DNA of 64,000 nucleotides from Lama guanicoe. Lineage: Eukaryota. Every line of letters begins with the position of its first letter. The first letter of the stretch is position 1. Position numbers and translations under genes: made by a program. Below, in pieces: positions 52,154 to 64,000 of this stretch. Below the pieces are notes generated by a model. It saw nothing but the letters and a program-made list of their open reading frames with translations. It was not told the origin of the DNA and made no database searches. The stretch spans positions 3,130,123 to 3,194,122 of the forward strand of contig MU053557.1 in NCBI GenBank assembly GCA_013239625.1, in the 5' to 3' direction.

Positions 52154-52623
52154 AAGCTCCTAGCTGGAGTACAACACACCTTTGTTCCCACTAATGTTTT
52201 CTGCTTTTCCGAGGATGCTACTGTCACATAATAGCAACGGTTGGATCTTTGGAATGAAAATGATTGAGGTTAGAAATTTCTCATCTCACATGTACTAGCT
52301 GTGTGACCTCGTGTGACATGTCAGCCTCTACTGAGCTCAGTGCTGCCCCTGGACACTGGGCAGTATGGCAGGGACTCTGGGTAGACCTGCTGCTTCCTAG
52401 CTGCACGATCCCGCGTTACTTATTCTGAGCCCCCAGGTTCTCCATCTGGAAGGAGGATAGCCCTATCTCACGGGGACCCTGTAGGAATGAGCAGGATGGC
52501 ATAAACAGAGATAAAGCACCTGGACCCCAGGTCCTGGGTTCCCAGCAAGGAGCAGGGACCGGATGAGTGCATGGTGTAGGAAGGACAAGCGAGGGGGAAG
52601 GGACGACGGCAGCCCAGGCTCAC

Positions 52624-52788
52624 CTCTGTCCTTGATGAGGCTCTGCACCTCCTGCTTGACGCTGTCATTCCAGTGGGTGATGTCCACATGCAAGGAGTAG
52701 TCACAGCAGCTCTTGCCGTCAGCCCACTCCCGCCACTTCTCGTAGGCCTCCGTCAGGCTGGACTCGGGCTCGGGCACCACGTGGTCAA
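52624..52788 (-). CDS. DPYSL3: DPYSL3 exon 4: (I)[54 protein letters not shown](G)
   Basis: cag acceptor, gtgagc donor, 165 bp. Confidence 0.98.
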
Positions 52789-52959
52789 CTGCACAACAGA
52801 GGCCCCGCACGGGTGACTCACTGACACGGCCCTTGGTGTGCTCTGCACAGGTCTGCTCCTGCTTGCTCGGCTACGAGGGCAAAGGATCTTTTTCCTGAGC
52901 ACAGGATTAACCTTAGAAAGGGTTCCCAGGCAGTTTCAAGGTTGCTGATGATTCAACTG

Positions 52960-53165
52960 CCACTCAGCTATGCGGTCTTGGGCAAATTACTAGCTTCTCA
53001 AAGCCTCGGTTTTCTCATCCTTAAAATGGGCACCAAGTGGGGTGGGGGTGGGGAGTAATAGTGTCTTCCCTCTTAGTGTGTTAAGAGGTTACGTGAGAAA
53101 ATGCATGGAAAGTGCTTCACCTGATGCCTGACACACAGTAAGTGCTCAATAAACGTTGGCTATCA
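52960..53165 (+). mobile_element. MIR SINE
   Basis: cttgggcaaattact...gcctcggttttctcatccttaaaatgggc...tgcctgacacacagtaagtgctcaataaa. Confidence 0.7.
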
Positions 53166-55236
53166 ATGGATGAGCATTTACGTGTGCCATTAATACCAGT
53201 ACTACGGGCGTCACTGCTGGTGACCGAAGTCGGACTCCCTTCTATGGGCAGAAGGAGGGGCTTTAAAGTTACATCAGGGGCACGAGAGAGTGACATCCTC
53301 ATGGTTACTGCCCGAGGAAAGAGCTGGTATCAGTTAACTGACTCTGACCCTGGGCCCATAGATCTTATTTCCACGTAAACGTTTTATCAAGAATTCAGTT
53401 TCTTTGTGGCCCCACCTTACTCTTGCAGCACCTGCAATGGTGCATAATATTTTTAAAAATAATAACATTTACACCAACAGCGTTGGGGAGGATAAGGCAA
53501 AAGTTACACTTTCACTGTTCCCCATGGCCACTGTCGAGAGAAAGTGTGAATTGGTACAACTTTCCTGGACGATTTTGAAATGTGTATCAAATAGTTTGAT
53601 ATTTTCATGCCTACAAATTCTTTCTAAAAGCATAAACAGGACTGGATACAAAATATGGATTCTCAAGATGTTGGCCACTATTTATATACTTACATCAGTG
53701 AAAAACCAGAACACAGTCTTTTACAACAGGGAAGTTTGGTCACATACACACGCTGTGGTAATTCCATAAAACGGATGTTAGGGGTCCATTGTGAATTTGG
53801 TAGAATAAAAATAAATGACGGAAAGACGTCCATGACGTGTTATTTGGTGAAAATGGTAGTATGTTCATTATGTTAAATAGAAAAAAAATTGATGGCCAAA
53901 CTATAAGATTGAGGTGGGATTTCTGTATTTTCTTTGCTTTTTCTGTAGCTAGGGTTTTTTTTAAATTATCTTTGAAGGACATGTCACTTCTGTGGCTCAC
54001 TGAATGCCTTCCTTATCTTGCCACGTGGAACCCCGACTTCCCTCCTGCTCCCTCCCTAGCACAGAAGCCCAAGCCTAACGCACATGCCCGGGATCCGGAA
54101 CAGGTCCAGCTCCTCGGCCAGACAGCAGAAAGCCGGGCCAAGACCACTCATTTCCTCAGCCTTTGAGCACCGGCAGCCCCAGTGCACTTATCGGAAAGCA
54201 GAGGCATGGCTCTGTGTTACTGATGCCTGGAACCACACCAGGGCTGTCGTGGGCAGGCGGCTGCTGAGAAGTCAGCTGGCTCCCTCCCTCCCTCTGGCTA
54301 GAGAAAAGCTCTGGTCTCCCAGAATTGCACCTTTTATGGCCCTGATGCAATTGTCCTGGTTTCCACATCCAGTGAGCTTAGCCCTACTCTGCCAGTGCTC
54401 CCGTCAAAAGGAAGCAAAAGACAGCAATAAGTCCATGGCTCAGGCTGTTCTGAGTCCTCGCGTGGATGTATACGGTGGTCAGCAATGCTCCTGCTGACCC
54501 AGCTGGGGGCCAGGGCTGGGATGGGAGCCATTTCATCCAGATTCCTCTGGGACAGGAAGGACCACCCTGGAATGCTATCTGTCAGTAATCCAATGGCATG
54601 CAACTCCCTAGGGTTCTTAGGAATTGCAAAAGTCACCAAAAAAACAAAACAAAATAAGGGAAAGAACCTCACAGCTTGCCTAATCTTAAAGCTATGAATT
54701 GGTCAAAATACCAGCCTAGATCAGACACCACTAACCGCCACTGAAGCCTCCTAAGAGTTCTCAAGAATCACAAGTGTCCATCCTCATGCTCTCCCGGATG
54801 CTTCTAGCCCCAGTCGCAGCGCCCTGTCTGCGCTCGCTGCCCCCTCCTGCCTCAGGCCCGAGCTGGAAGTTCCGAAGTAACTTTCTGCCCACGATCCACA
54901 ACTTTTTAGGGCCACTTTCCCCAGGGACTGGCCCAGAGATGATAAATGCTGATTCCTGCCCACAGCACACCCAGCCGCTGCTCCAAGGCAGAGGAGAGGG
55001 CAGCTGACTTCTTGATCATAAGCCTCGTGAACCTCTCTGTGCAGTTACAGGAGCCATCAATGCCCTCACTTTAACCTGCTTGTCCCGGGTCCCGTCAGCC
55101 AGGAAGTCTCTAAAGGAAACTGAGGGAAGTGGACCACTTATCATCAGAGAGCACTGTGGTCAACTCGTTAGTTAAATACTCTCTTCGTGGGACCGCACGC
55201 ACACTTCACACGAGTGTGCAATGTCGGGGGACTTAC

Positions 55237-55421
55237 TGATCATGGTGGTGCCCCCGGCTAAGGCAGCCTTAGTCCCCTGGAAGAAGTCATCCACTGTGGT
55301 CATTCCCTTGTACGGCATCTGGAAGTGGGTATGGACGTCCATGCCTCCAGGAATCACCATCTTCCCATTGGCCTCGATGGTCTTCACTCCTCCAGGGACA
55401 ATCAGATTGTCTCCAATTTGT
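55237..55421 (-). CDS. DPYSL3: DPYSL3 exon 3: (K)[61 protein letters not shown]
   Basis: cag acceptor, gtaagt donor, 185 bp. Confidence 0.98.
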
Positions 55422-55729
55422 CTGGTGAGACAGTGAAATGACTGGCAATTTAAAGGAACGAAAGACTTCCAAGACAAACATAGTAATATAAGGATTTTAA
55501 ATGTGTTTATCAAAGCAATCTTTGCCAGTGATTCGCAGCCTAGCAATCTAGAAACAAATAAAGACAGGTACACATACAATCACAGAAAACAGGTTTTTTT
55601 AATCTTTAGACTTTTTTATTTCCTGTATTAAAAGATGAGCATTTAGCCTATTAACACTTTCTTCCACTTGCTACCCAGCTTTCCATTCTGATGTCAGTAT
55701 TTTCAACCCTTCCACTGAGTATTATTAAC

Positions 55730-56166
55730 ATTTTATTTTTTATTGAAGTCTAGTCAGTTTACAATGCTGTGTCAATTTCTGGTGCACAGCGTAATGTTTC
55801 AGTCATACATATACATACACATATTTGTTTTCATTTTTTTTCATTATAGGTTACTACAAGGTAACAATTTTTTACTGCAAGATATTGAATATAATACCCT
55901 ATGCTATACAGTGGGTCCTTATTGTTTATCTGTTCTGCATATAGTAGTGTGCATCTGCTAATCCCAAACTCCTAATTTATCCCTCCCTGCCTTTCACCTT
56001 TGGTAACCATAAGTTTGTTTTCTATGTCTGTGAGTCTCTTTCTGTTTTGTAAATAAGCTCATTTGTCTTTTTTTTTTTTTAAGATTCCACATTTAAGTGA
56101 TATCATATATTTGTCTTTCTCTGACTGACTGACTTCACTTAGGCTGATAATCGCCAGGTCCACCCA
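55730..56166 (-). mobile_element. 5'-truncated L1 3' end, sense to DPYSL3
   Basis: ttttattgaagtctagtcagtttacaatg...tttggtaaccataagtttgttttctatgtctgtgagtc is the reverse complement of the 42815-43153 family. Confidence 0.9.
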
Positions 56167-57469
56167 GAAACCAACTTTTACAGACACAAAACAATCTGGT
56201 ATCTGTTTGGTGGGACCATATGTCCTGGCTGAGTGCTGTAACCCCAGTGGTGTGACAGTGTCTAGAACACAGGGTAGTAATTAATATTTTTAATAAGTAT
56301 TTTTATTATCTTTTGCATTTTGTTCTTTATTCAAGAGTGAGGAAGAACATCTGCAATAGAACTGAAAGAGAGTAAAATAATGACCTGCTAGGAGAGACTG
56401 AAGGAGGTAATGAATTTTACAAGAACAGGCGTGTGAACCTGGCTCACCTCTAGGTGGGTTCATCTTGCTCCTAACAACAAAAGGAATCTGTCTGGGGGAT
56501 TTCGCACCTCAGTCTTCACTCCCAGTTCCATCCTTCCCTGATAGTTTGTCCATCAGTCACAGCCGAAGGCAGATTCTTAAACAGGATGTCAAAGATGCAG
56601 ATGCCCACACCAGTTGCTTTTGTCTGGTCAGTATCTTGGTGGAAGCTTAAAGCCAAGGAAGGTAATTATGACAAAGTCCACCAGACACAGCTTCACCCAG
56701 GAAGCTTCAGAGCATCGCAGGGAGGAAGAAAGGAGGAGACTGGGGTGGGCAGGAAGCTGATGACCATGCCAAGGGCACACTACATGGGGCAAAGGATAAA
56801 TATAACTACCCCTAGTACAGTGTCACCTCACAGACCACCCAGTGCTGCTTGTTTGATATGCAATTTCACACCCTTGATTTAAACATCCAGTGAATTCCAG
56901 GTAGACTTACGATTCCTAAGGCTCTACGTTCTCATGAAACATCTCCTGCCTTGGGGATACCTGTACCCCACTGCCAGGGGCATGAACACTCCCTTTTGTT
57001 CATACCCAGCCAAGAAAGATACTCTCATGGGGCAGTAAGAAGTCTACCCCGGCCTGACAAATCCAAGTTCCACAACTAACAGTAAGCTTCCCTGACGTCT
57101 CTAAGAGCTCTACCTTACCACACCACGCCTGGGCCATTCCAAAACCACCACAGTTCAAAACACACTGTGGGAAGAAACGCAGCCTTGACTGTAACTCCAC
57201 CTAGCCCAGCTCCTGGCCGGTGCGTTCCACTTTCCTCCCTCACTGATTCACCTCCGAGGGAAACTGAGAACCAAGGGCTTGAAGGGTTGCCTGGCTTGCG
57301 TGTGTCTGTGTATGTGCCTTTCCACCCAGTTACAACTAGTATAATATCCCGTCTGAAATAGAAATGCCTTCCCCCTTTTCCCCACTGACCCAACCAACGT
57401 CACATTAATCCTTGAAGGCTTAGCTTCCAGCTCCCCTCCTTGGTCAAGTTTCTACTGACAGCCAGGTCT

Positions 57470-57720
57470 AATAATTGAGAGTGTGGCTCTGCCCTGGATG
57501 TGGGCTGTCTGGATTCAAAATCCTGGCTCTGCTAATGACTAGCTCTGTGACTTCAGCCGAGTTACTTAACCTCACCATGTCTCAATTCCTTCATCTGTAA
57601 AATGTAATAAAAATGCCTCCTGCATACCTCTGTTGTGTAGATTAAATGTTACTATGTGTTAAGCCTATAGAACATTATTAGGCACATAAAAAGTCAATAA
57701 ACACCAGCTATTATAATTAA
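57470..57720 (+). mobile_element. MIR SINE
   Basis: ctggattcaaaatcctggctctgc...gttacttaacctc...ttccttcatctgtaaaatg. Confidence 0.7.
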
Positions 57721-58549
57721 TAACCATCCTAATCTCAAATAGCCCTCTCCTTCCTCTGGACCTCACCTATTCTACTAATTCAATAGTCGATACTGATACT
57801 ATCTGGTAATGCCACGTGCTTTGCATGGACAGATCTCTCAGTTCGCCTAAAAGACTGCAAAGTCCTGGGGGGAGAGAGCACAGTGATTTGGGTCCCAGTG
57901 ATATCCCCCACAGCACATGACGTAGTGTGCGTCCAATGCCTGAGGACAAATGCGGTGCACACAGCAGGTGTCCCATAAACACTCACAGGCAAACGGCTCT
58001 GTAAAAACTGGAGGAAATTATTTCTATGTTTATGCTCCGTGAGTTAAGAATGTTGCTGGAGACATATAAAATTATAGGATTAGACGAAGATCGTGTAAAT
58101 TTATATACCCTTCTCTCCACTACCGACACACGCATCTGATGGTTAAATTCCTTCTATAACATCCTAGGCAAGTAGCCTTCCAGTCTGTTTTAACAGAGAC
58201 GGCAAAGAAGATTCAGCGTACATATTCAACTGTGGTGGTAGGTGCCCGAATCACTGCATGAAGACGGACTCTGAGCCTGTATTTAAGGCTCAGCTGTGAA
58301 AAGTGCTAGGATCAGTTGGTGATGCCTGACGTGAACTCTGGAATGAGGAAGAAGCTTTAGGTATTAATTTTTTTCCTAACTCTGAAGATGTCTAAATGAA
58401 GGAATGTACTGCCTCCAAAGAGAGCAGACTGTATACAATTACTTTTTCATAAAAGAAAAAAAATAAAATTAATTGTGGCTTCTATTTTGAAGAAAGTATT
58501 GTTTTATATTAGTTGGCTTGTGTGATATTTTCATTTTTCCTACTTCTTG

Positions 58550-58606
58550 GTTTTTTTTCAATGGCAGCACTGGGGATTGAACCCTAGACTTCGTGCATGC
58601 ACTCTT
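58550..58606 (-). mobile_element. Truncated tRNA-Ala-derived SINE fragment
   Basis: cactggggattgaaccctagacttcgtgcatgc is the reverse complement of the SINE B-box region, preceded by a T run. Confidence 0.6.
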
Positions 58607-59414
58607 ATCACTTACCTTATTTCTTACTTCTAATATGAAAAAAGTATTTATGCAAATCGGCAAGGGAACTAAACATGGATATCTTCATTCTTGCATTTGT
58701 TTGTTCATTCACTCACTCACTCATTCATTCAATGTATTTGATTAAAATGTCGACCTTTAGCAAGTTATTTACTTTCTGTTCCTCTTTCCCTCTACCCTCC
58801 TCTGAAAAGAGGGTAATCAGAGTGCTTACTTCCTAGGACGGCTGGCAGATTAAATGAGACAGCGCATGTAAAACATTTACCAGTACCCAGCACATACTAT
58901 ACACTCAATAAAACGCAGCTCTGACACAAGTCTCTTGATGCTCAGTACTAGGTTAAGCACTGCAGATGAGGGGAAGAACAAGAGACGGTCCTTGCTCCCC
59001 AGGGCACCAAATAGTGTCCGAATTGCTATGATTGATAAAAGCACAGGGTGTTTTGAAAGCTCACCAAAGGGGAAGCTAGCCTAGATTTGGGGGCTAGCAA
59101 GGAATGAGCACCCGCAGAAAGTTATATTTAAGCCAAGTTTTCAAAGACAAGTAAGCAACTGCCTATCACCAGAACTTTAAGCTAGCCAATGAAGTGGATT
59201 AATATCAAAACAAAATGGAACAAGGCTGGGGATGGTGATTAGAGTGGGTTGGATATACCAGTCTTACACACTATCTTATCAGGATGGGGAAGGCCCCTGC
59301 TTTATGTGATGAAGGGCTATGTGTAAATCAAACCTTTTCTTACAGTTCACGATGTAAGGAAGCCTACCTATCTATGCTGCTTACAGGCATCCAATAGCAA
59401 ACCATTTTGTAAAG

Positions 59415-59600
59415 TAATTATATATCCCTATATACACCCAATATAATTATACTCCAATAACTATAATTGTATAATTATAATTAATTATATAACTATAATT
59501 AATACAATATATAAATATAATATATGTAAATATATTTTATATATAATTATAACATAATTACATTGGAATATAATTCCAATTATATTTCCTAATTGGAAAT
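59415..59600. repeat. AT-rich low-complexity tract
   Basis: TA/AAT-rich, with a small palindrome attggaat-ata-attccaat. Confidence 0.8.
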
Positions 59601-60142
59601 CTTACCTGGAAGGTATATCCTAGCTGTGCTCTGCCCATCGAAGTCCTCCCCAAGTCAAAGTTCGGCTGAAATACCCTCTCCACCCCAAAACCTTCCTCCA
59701 AAGGGATTTCTCCTTTCTGCATACTCCTAAATCACTTATCCTAATTAGAACTCTTAGAATTCCTCTGGTACCTACCACGCTGGGCCGTCTATTTTTAGGG
59801 TACGGTATTCTGTGGACATTTCTCAGTAGCCTTAAGGTCACATCTCCCACTTTTCCAGGACGCACAGAGTGCCCATCAACGCAGCTGGCCCTTAGCATCG
59901 TTTGGGGGACTGAATTGAGATTTTTTCACTCCATTCAGGCAATCCAAGTGAACTAAGTCTAGCTCCCACTTTAAGGGATGCTGTGCATCTAGACTGAAGG
60001 GCTAAGATAAAGACTCATTTTTAAGGAGAAGGAGAAATAAGATATATAGAAACAATGGTCTTGTCAGCAAAAGAGAAACAAGTTTCTTTCTGAGCCTCTA
60101 AGGAAGATCCAAAATATAAAATCAAGGGTTCTATATACGTAC

Positions 60143-60231
60143 TTTATTAAGCCATCTTCCATGTAAATATCAGCATAGAAGGACTGATCATCGTTGACGA
60201 TTCTGCCTCCCTTGATCAGAAGACGGTCACT
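60143..60231 (-). CDS. DPYSL3: DPYSL3 exon 2: [29 protein letters not shown](K)
   Basis: tag acceptor after a pyrimidine tract, gtacgt donor, 89 bp. First shared exon; exon 1 lies beyond the window end. Confidence 0.97.
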
Positions 60232-60308
60232 CTAGAAAAGAAGGAAAACAGGAGTCATTCTCACAGCCAGAAGAGTGGTCACCGAGGTTCTCCCAAGTCA
60301 TTGCTTTA

Positions 60309-60491
60309 TTTATTTTATTTTTTAACATTTTATTTATTTACTATCATATCATTTTATTTATTTTTTTATTTTATCTTCATGGGTAGGGGGTAATTAGGTT
60401 TATTTAATTTTTGGAGGAGGTACTGGGGATTGAACCCAGGACCCCATGCATGCTAAGCATGCGCTCTACCACTTGAGCTATACCTTACCCC
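60309..60491 (-). mobile_element. tRNA-Ala-derived SINE (vic-1-like), full length
   Basis: Minus strand tatagctcaagtggtagagcgcatgcttagcatgcatggggtcctgggttcaatccccagtacctcc with a long A-rich tail. Degenerate TSD caagtcattgcttta/caggtcactgtttta (12/15). Confidence 0.9.
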
Positions 60492-61469
60492 TCAGGTCAC
60501 TGTTTTAGAAGTTTAGCAGCAACCATTTTCTTAAGACGTCTGTGTGCTCTGGGCACTCAGTTTTGAGCTGAGTGTATCTGTTGAGGACCCAGTTTTTCTT
60601 GTTTGCCCCTAATTCAAATTATCCTGGAATTTCACCTCTTGCTTCTGCAAAGGCCCTGAGGTGGGAAGAAGATTTGTTTCTTCGTAAGCCTGAGAAAGAT
60701 CAGTGCGGAGGGAGCTTAGAGGCCAAGGAGGGAAGAGGCATGAGATGACATTGGTGAAGTAGGGCTTTGAAAAGGAACCTAGGTTTTATGGGGAAGGAAG
60801 CCCCACATACAGGCTAACTTCTGGCTTCAGAAATCAAAGAGCATGAACAGGGCACGAAAAATGAGAATTGAAGCTAAGACTCCACTGGGGATATAGCCAA
60901 TTACCACTTAGTCTCGTTGCTTCCAAGGTATTGCATAAGAATAAGAAATTTCATCATGCTGTATTGTCAGGGGGTAGGATTTTTTTAAAAAATACAGCTC
61001 CATGAGGTGTTTAGAAAAAAACCCACATACGTGGCAAAGAAGATGTGCTAATGAGATCAGATACAAACTCCCACCTCACGTGGTCTCCCAGCCCCTCATG
61101 AGGTGGCCTCCATCAGTATGTCCATCCCGGCTTCTGTCACTTACTGCCTCGGATTTTATACGGTGGCAAAACTAAGAAACATAGCTCTTGCCACATATCA
61201 GCTGCTCCACTGACCTCTACAAAGCTGTTCTCTCTGCCTTCTCCTAGGTTCCCCTGGCATCTGACAACCATCCCCTCCTCTGGCAAGCTTCAGGCAAAGG
61301 GTTTGCCCCCTGGGAGGCAAACTACCTGACTTTCCAGCAAATTCCACCTGCTCCCACTGCAGGGTAGGTCATTACACTGTTCTACAGTAGCTGGCTGACT
61401 GTTCAGCTGTCTCCTGGCTAGACCACAGAATACTTTAGCCTTAGAGCCATGTGTCTTTAGATCTTTTTT

Positions 61470-61915
61470 CCCCATTTTAAAAAATTTTTATTGAAGTGAA
61501 GTTCACTTACAATGTTGTGTTAGTTCAGGTGTACAGTAAAGTGATTCAGTAATACATATATATATTCTTTTTCAGATTCTTTTCCATTACAGGTTATTAC
61601 AAGGTACTGAATATAGTTCCCTGTGCTGTATAGTAGGTCCTTGTTTTCTATCTACTTTATATACAGTCATGTATATCTGTTAATCCCAAACTCCTACTTT
61701 ATCCCTCCCTGCCCTTTCCTCTTTGGTAATCATAGTTTGTTTTCTCTGTCTGTGAGTCTATTTCCAATTTGTACCTAAGTTCATTTGTATCTTTTTTATT
61801 TTTTTAGATTCCACATATAAGTGATACCATATTTGTCTCTGATTTACTTCACTTAATATGATAATCTTTAGATCCATCCGTGTTGCTGAAAATGGCATTA
61901 TTTCATTCTTTTTTA
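61470..61915 (-). mobile_element. 5'-truncated L1 3' end, sense to DPYSL3
   Basis: Same family as 55730-56166. TSD tgtctttagatctttttt/tgtctttggatctttttt at 61452-61469 and 61916-61933 (17/18). Confidence 0.9.
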
Positions 61916-64000
61916 TGTCTTTGGATCTTTTTTTTACCGTAGTTCCTGTGGTCTGTCTTAGACAGCTGTTAAACATTGGCCAAATGCATGGGTGAAGGGA
62001 GGGACATAGGAGGTTGTATTATAACAATGTGATAGAAAGGCCACCTAAGTCAGAATATCATGTGTCAGAAAATTGGACTTCTGAGGAAAAAACAATTTTT
62101 AATTGAAGGCTACTGTAATCTACCATTTTTAAAGTAATTGCAAAATTATATGAGGCTGTCCTAGGACTATGCTTCCCAAACTAGGGGGCCATATGAGAAA
62201 AATACAGATTCCCAGGCCTTGCTGTAGGCCAACAAATGTGTATTTTCTAAGCTCTTTAAATGGCTCTTATGCAGCCATCAGCCAGCCCAGCACCAAGTCA
62301 CAGACCAGCACCAGGGACCACTGCCCCAGACACAGTTTGTGAAGGCGACAGAAGCGTCTCCGGCAGGAGCTTCATAATCTTAACAATCTTGGTCACTGGA
62401 AGAGTTCCCTCTCAGAGCTCAGTGCTCTCCTGATGTTCGTTACCTTTCTAGCGAAGAGCTGACGTAAGCTGGGTTCTGGAAACGGGCCAGTTACTGCCTG
62501 AACTGAGCCCAGCTCTGAAATACGACCAGCCTCTTACTCAGGGACATCCAAACCTGAGCCACAGTGGAGCATCACTTCCCTCAAGAAGCACCAAATGTCA
62601 GCAAAGGGGCAAAAGCTACCTCAGGCCCCAGGTACACTGGGGGGATAGTAAGAGGTAACCAAGTGGAATGAACATCATTGAGGTGGCGTTATTCAAAATT
62701 GTTCAGATGCGAATTCAATAAAGTTCTCTGGCTCCATCATCAGAAATCTGAACAAATGGAGCACACAGATGAAGTAGAGGCTTGGACGAGATTTCAGAGT
62801 TGGGAATAAGACCCCCACTCTATGGACTACGGTATTAATATTATTATTTGCTTTCGTCAGCAGAGCAGAGATTTCAAAACCACGACTCACAGAGTTCAAG
62901 CAAATGCTGCTCCTAAGAGCCCTCAGCCTGTCCCCCTTACTTACGTTAAAGTGGTTAATAAAAGTGCTTCTTATCCATTTTAACTCCTTCCAGGCATGTG
63001 GTTGCCACTACACAGGGCAGTTTAGGCAAACTGTCATCAGACACAGAAGCATCTGAAAGGCAAGTCTTGGACTGGGTGTTGAAGAATGACTCAAAGGCTG
63101 ACCAGTCCCAGGCCACATAAAACTGGACCTCCCTCATGCCGGGACATGCCTGTCTGTGAAGTCATGGACCAGCCTGAGCGAGTAACACGTGCTACGTACA
63201 GTCAAACACCAACAAGAGGAAGAAATCTGACAGCTCCAGTTACAAGTCACCCTCAACAAAGTTAGGAAGGTCAGAGACTGTGGCTGTGTGGGGCTCTTTG
63301 CTTTCTGTTCTCGGCAGCTGAAGCCGCCAGGTTCCCGTGAGAGGATGCCGGAGGAGGTGAAGTGGTCTAGACTGGAGCCTACCATGCCTGTCATGCAATG
63401 ATGTATGTAAAGAACAACGGTACTTCCAGAGCACACGGGGATAATCTGGAGGGCATATGGAGCCCAAGATGAAGATATCCAGAGCCTGAAGCCACAGGTC
63501 AAGGGCTCTGGCTGCCTGAGGTCCTGCACAGCCACCACGTCTGGGTACAACCCCGTCTTGCAGCCTTGGCGGGGTGCCAGGCGTACCAGCTGGCAAGCTT
63601 GGGTCCAGCCAGGTCCTCCCACTACTGGGAGAATCATGCAGAACCCTTAACCAGGTGTGTGATCTTGACTTAGGACTTAACCTCTCAGAACTTCACTTTT
63701 TTTTTTATTACCTCGGAGTAGATAGTAACACCGAGCTCACCTCACAGGGTGGCTGCCAGGAATAAATGCAAGGGATGAAGAGGGGAAAATGAGCATGCAG
63801 ACACGTGTCTATACAATAGCTAACACACTAACGTGTAGTAAACACCTCTAAATATTAGTTAGATTTATTCTACTCATTTACAGTACTTTAAATTTTTGTG
63901 AAAAGCCTTAAAGTAAGAAACATACTAGACAGGGACTACTGCTCCCATTTTCCAAAGGGCGAGATGTACACAGAGACAGATGACTTCCTCCAAGTGACAG

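Noticed and set aside
61758..61976. 72-aa ORF with KKNEIMPFSATRMDL
   Set aside because: L1 3'-end sequence, not a gene.
63134..63637. 167-aa minus ORF as a possible DPYSL3 exon 1
   Set aside because: Does not resemble the recalled short N-terminus (MSYQGKKNIPRIT) or the long-isoform start; no CpG-island promoter here.

Overview
Mammalian genomic DNA, very probably a camelid (inferred from tRNA-Ala-headed vic-1-type SINEs and cetartiodactyl-type L1 3' ends). Two spliced genes converge tail-to-tail. On + are the last six coding exons and about 3.5 kb of 3'UTR of the kinase STK32A (4097 to ~23880). On - are exons 2-14 and about 3.2 kb of 3'UTR of DPYSL3/CRMP4 (60231 to ~26385), with exon 1 outside the window. 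All 19 exons were traced by hand with GT-AG boundaries and consistent phases, with no frameshift or premature stop. The rest is intronic or intergenic DNA with L1, L2, MIR, LTR, hAT and simple repeats; ORF-track entries outside the exons look spurious. I found no convincing new biological system. The best leads are modest: an Ile-to-Met change in the conserved PGGIDVHTH motif of CRMP4, a CTCF-like motif overlapping the last DPYSL3 splice acceptor, a (UG)n tract replacing a polypyrimidine tract, a candidate L1 3' transduction, G-quadruplexes, and a miR-132 8mer beside the poly(A) signal. Comparisons with human proteins and repeat family names come from memory, not from searches.
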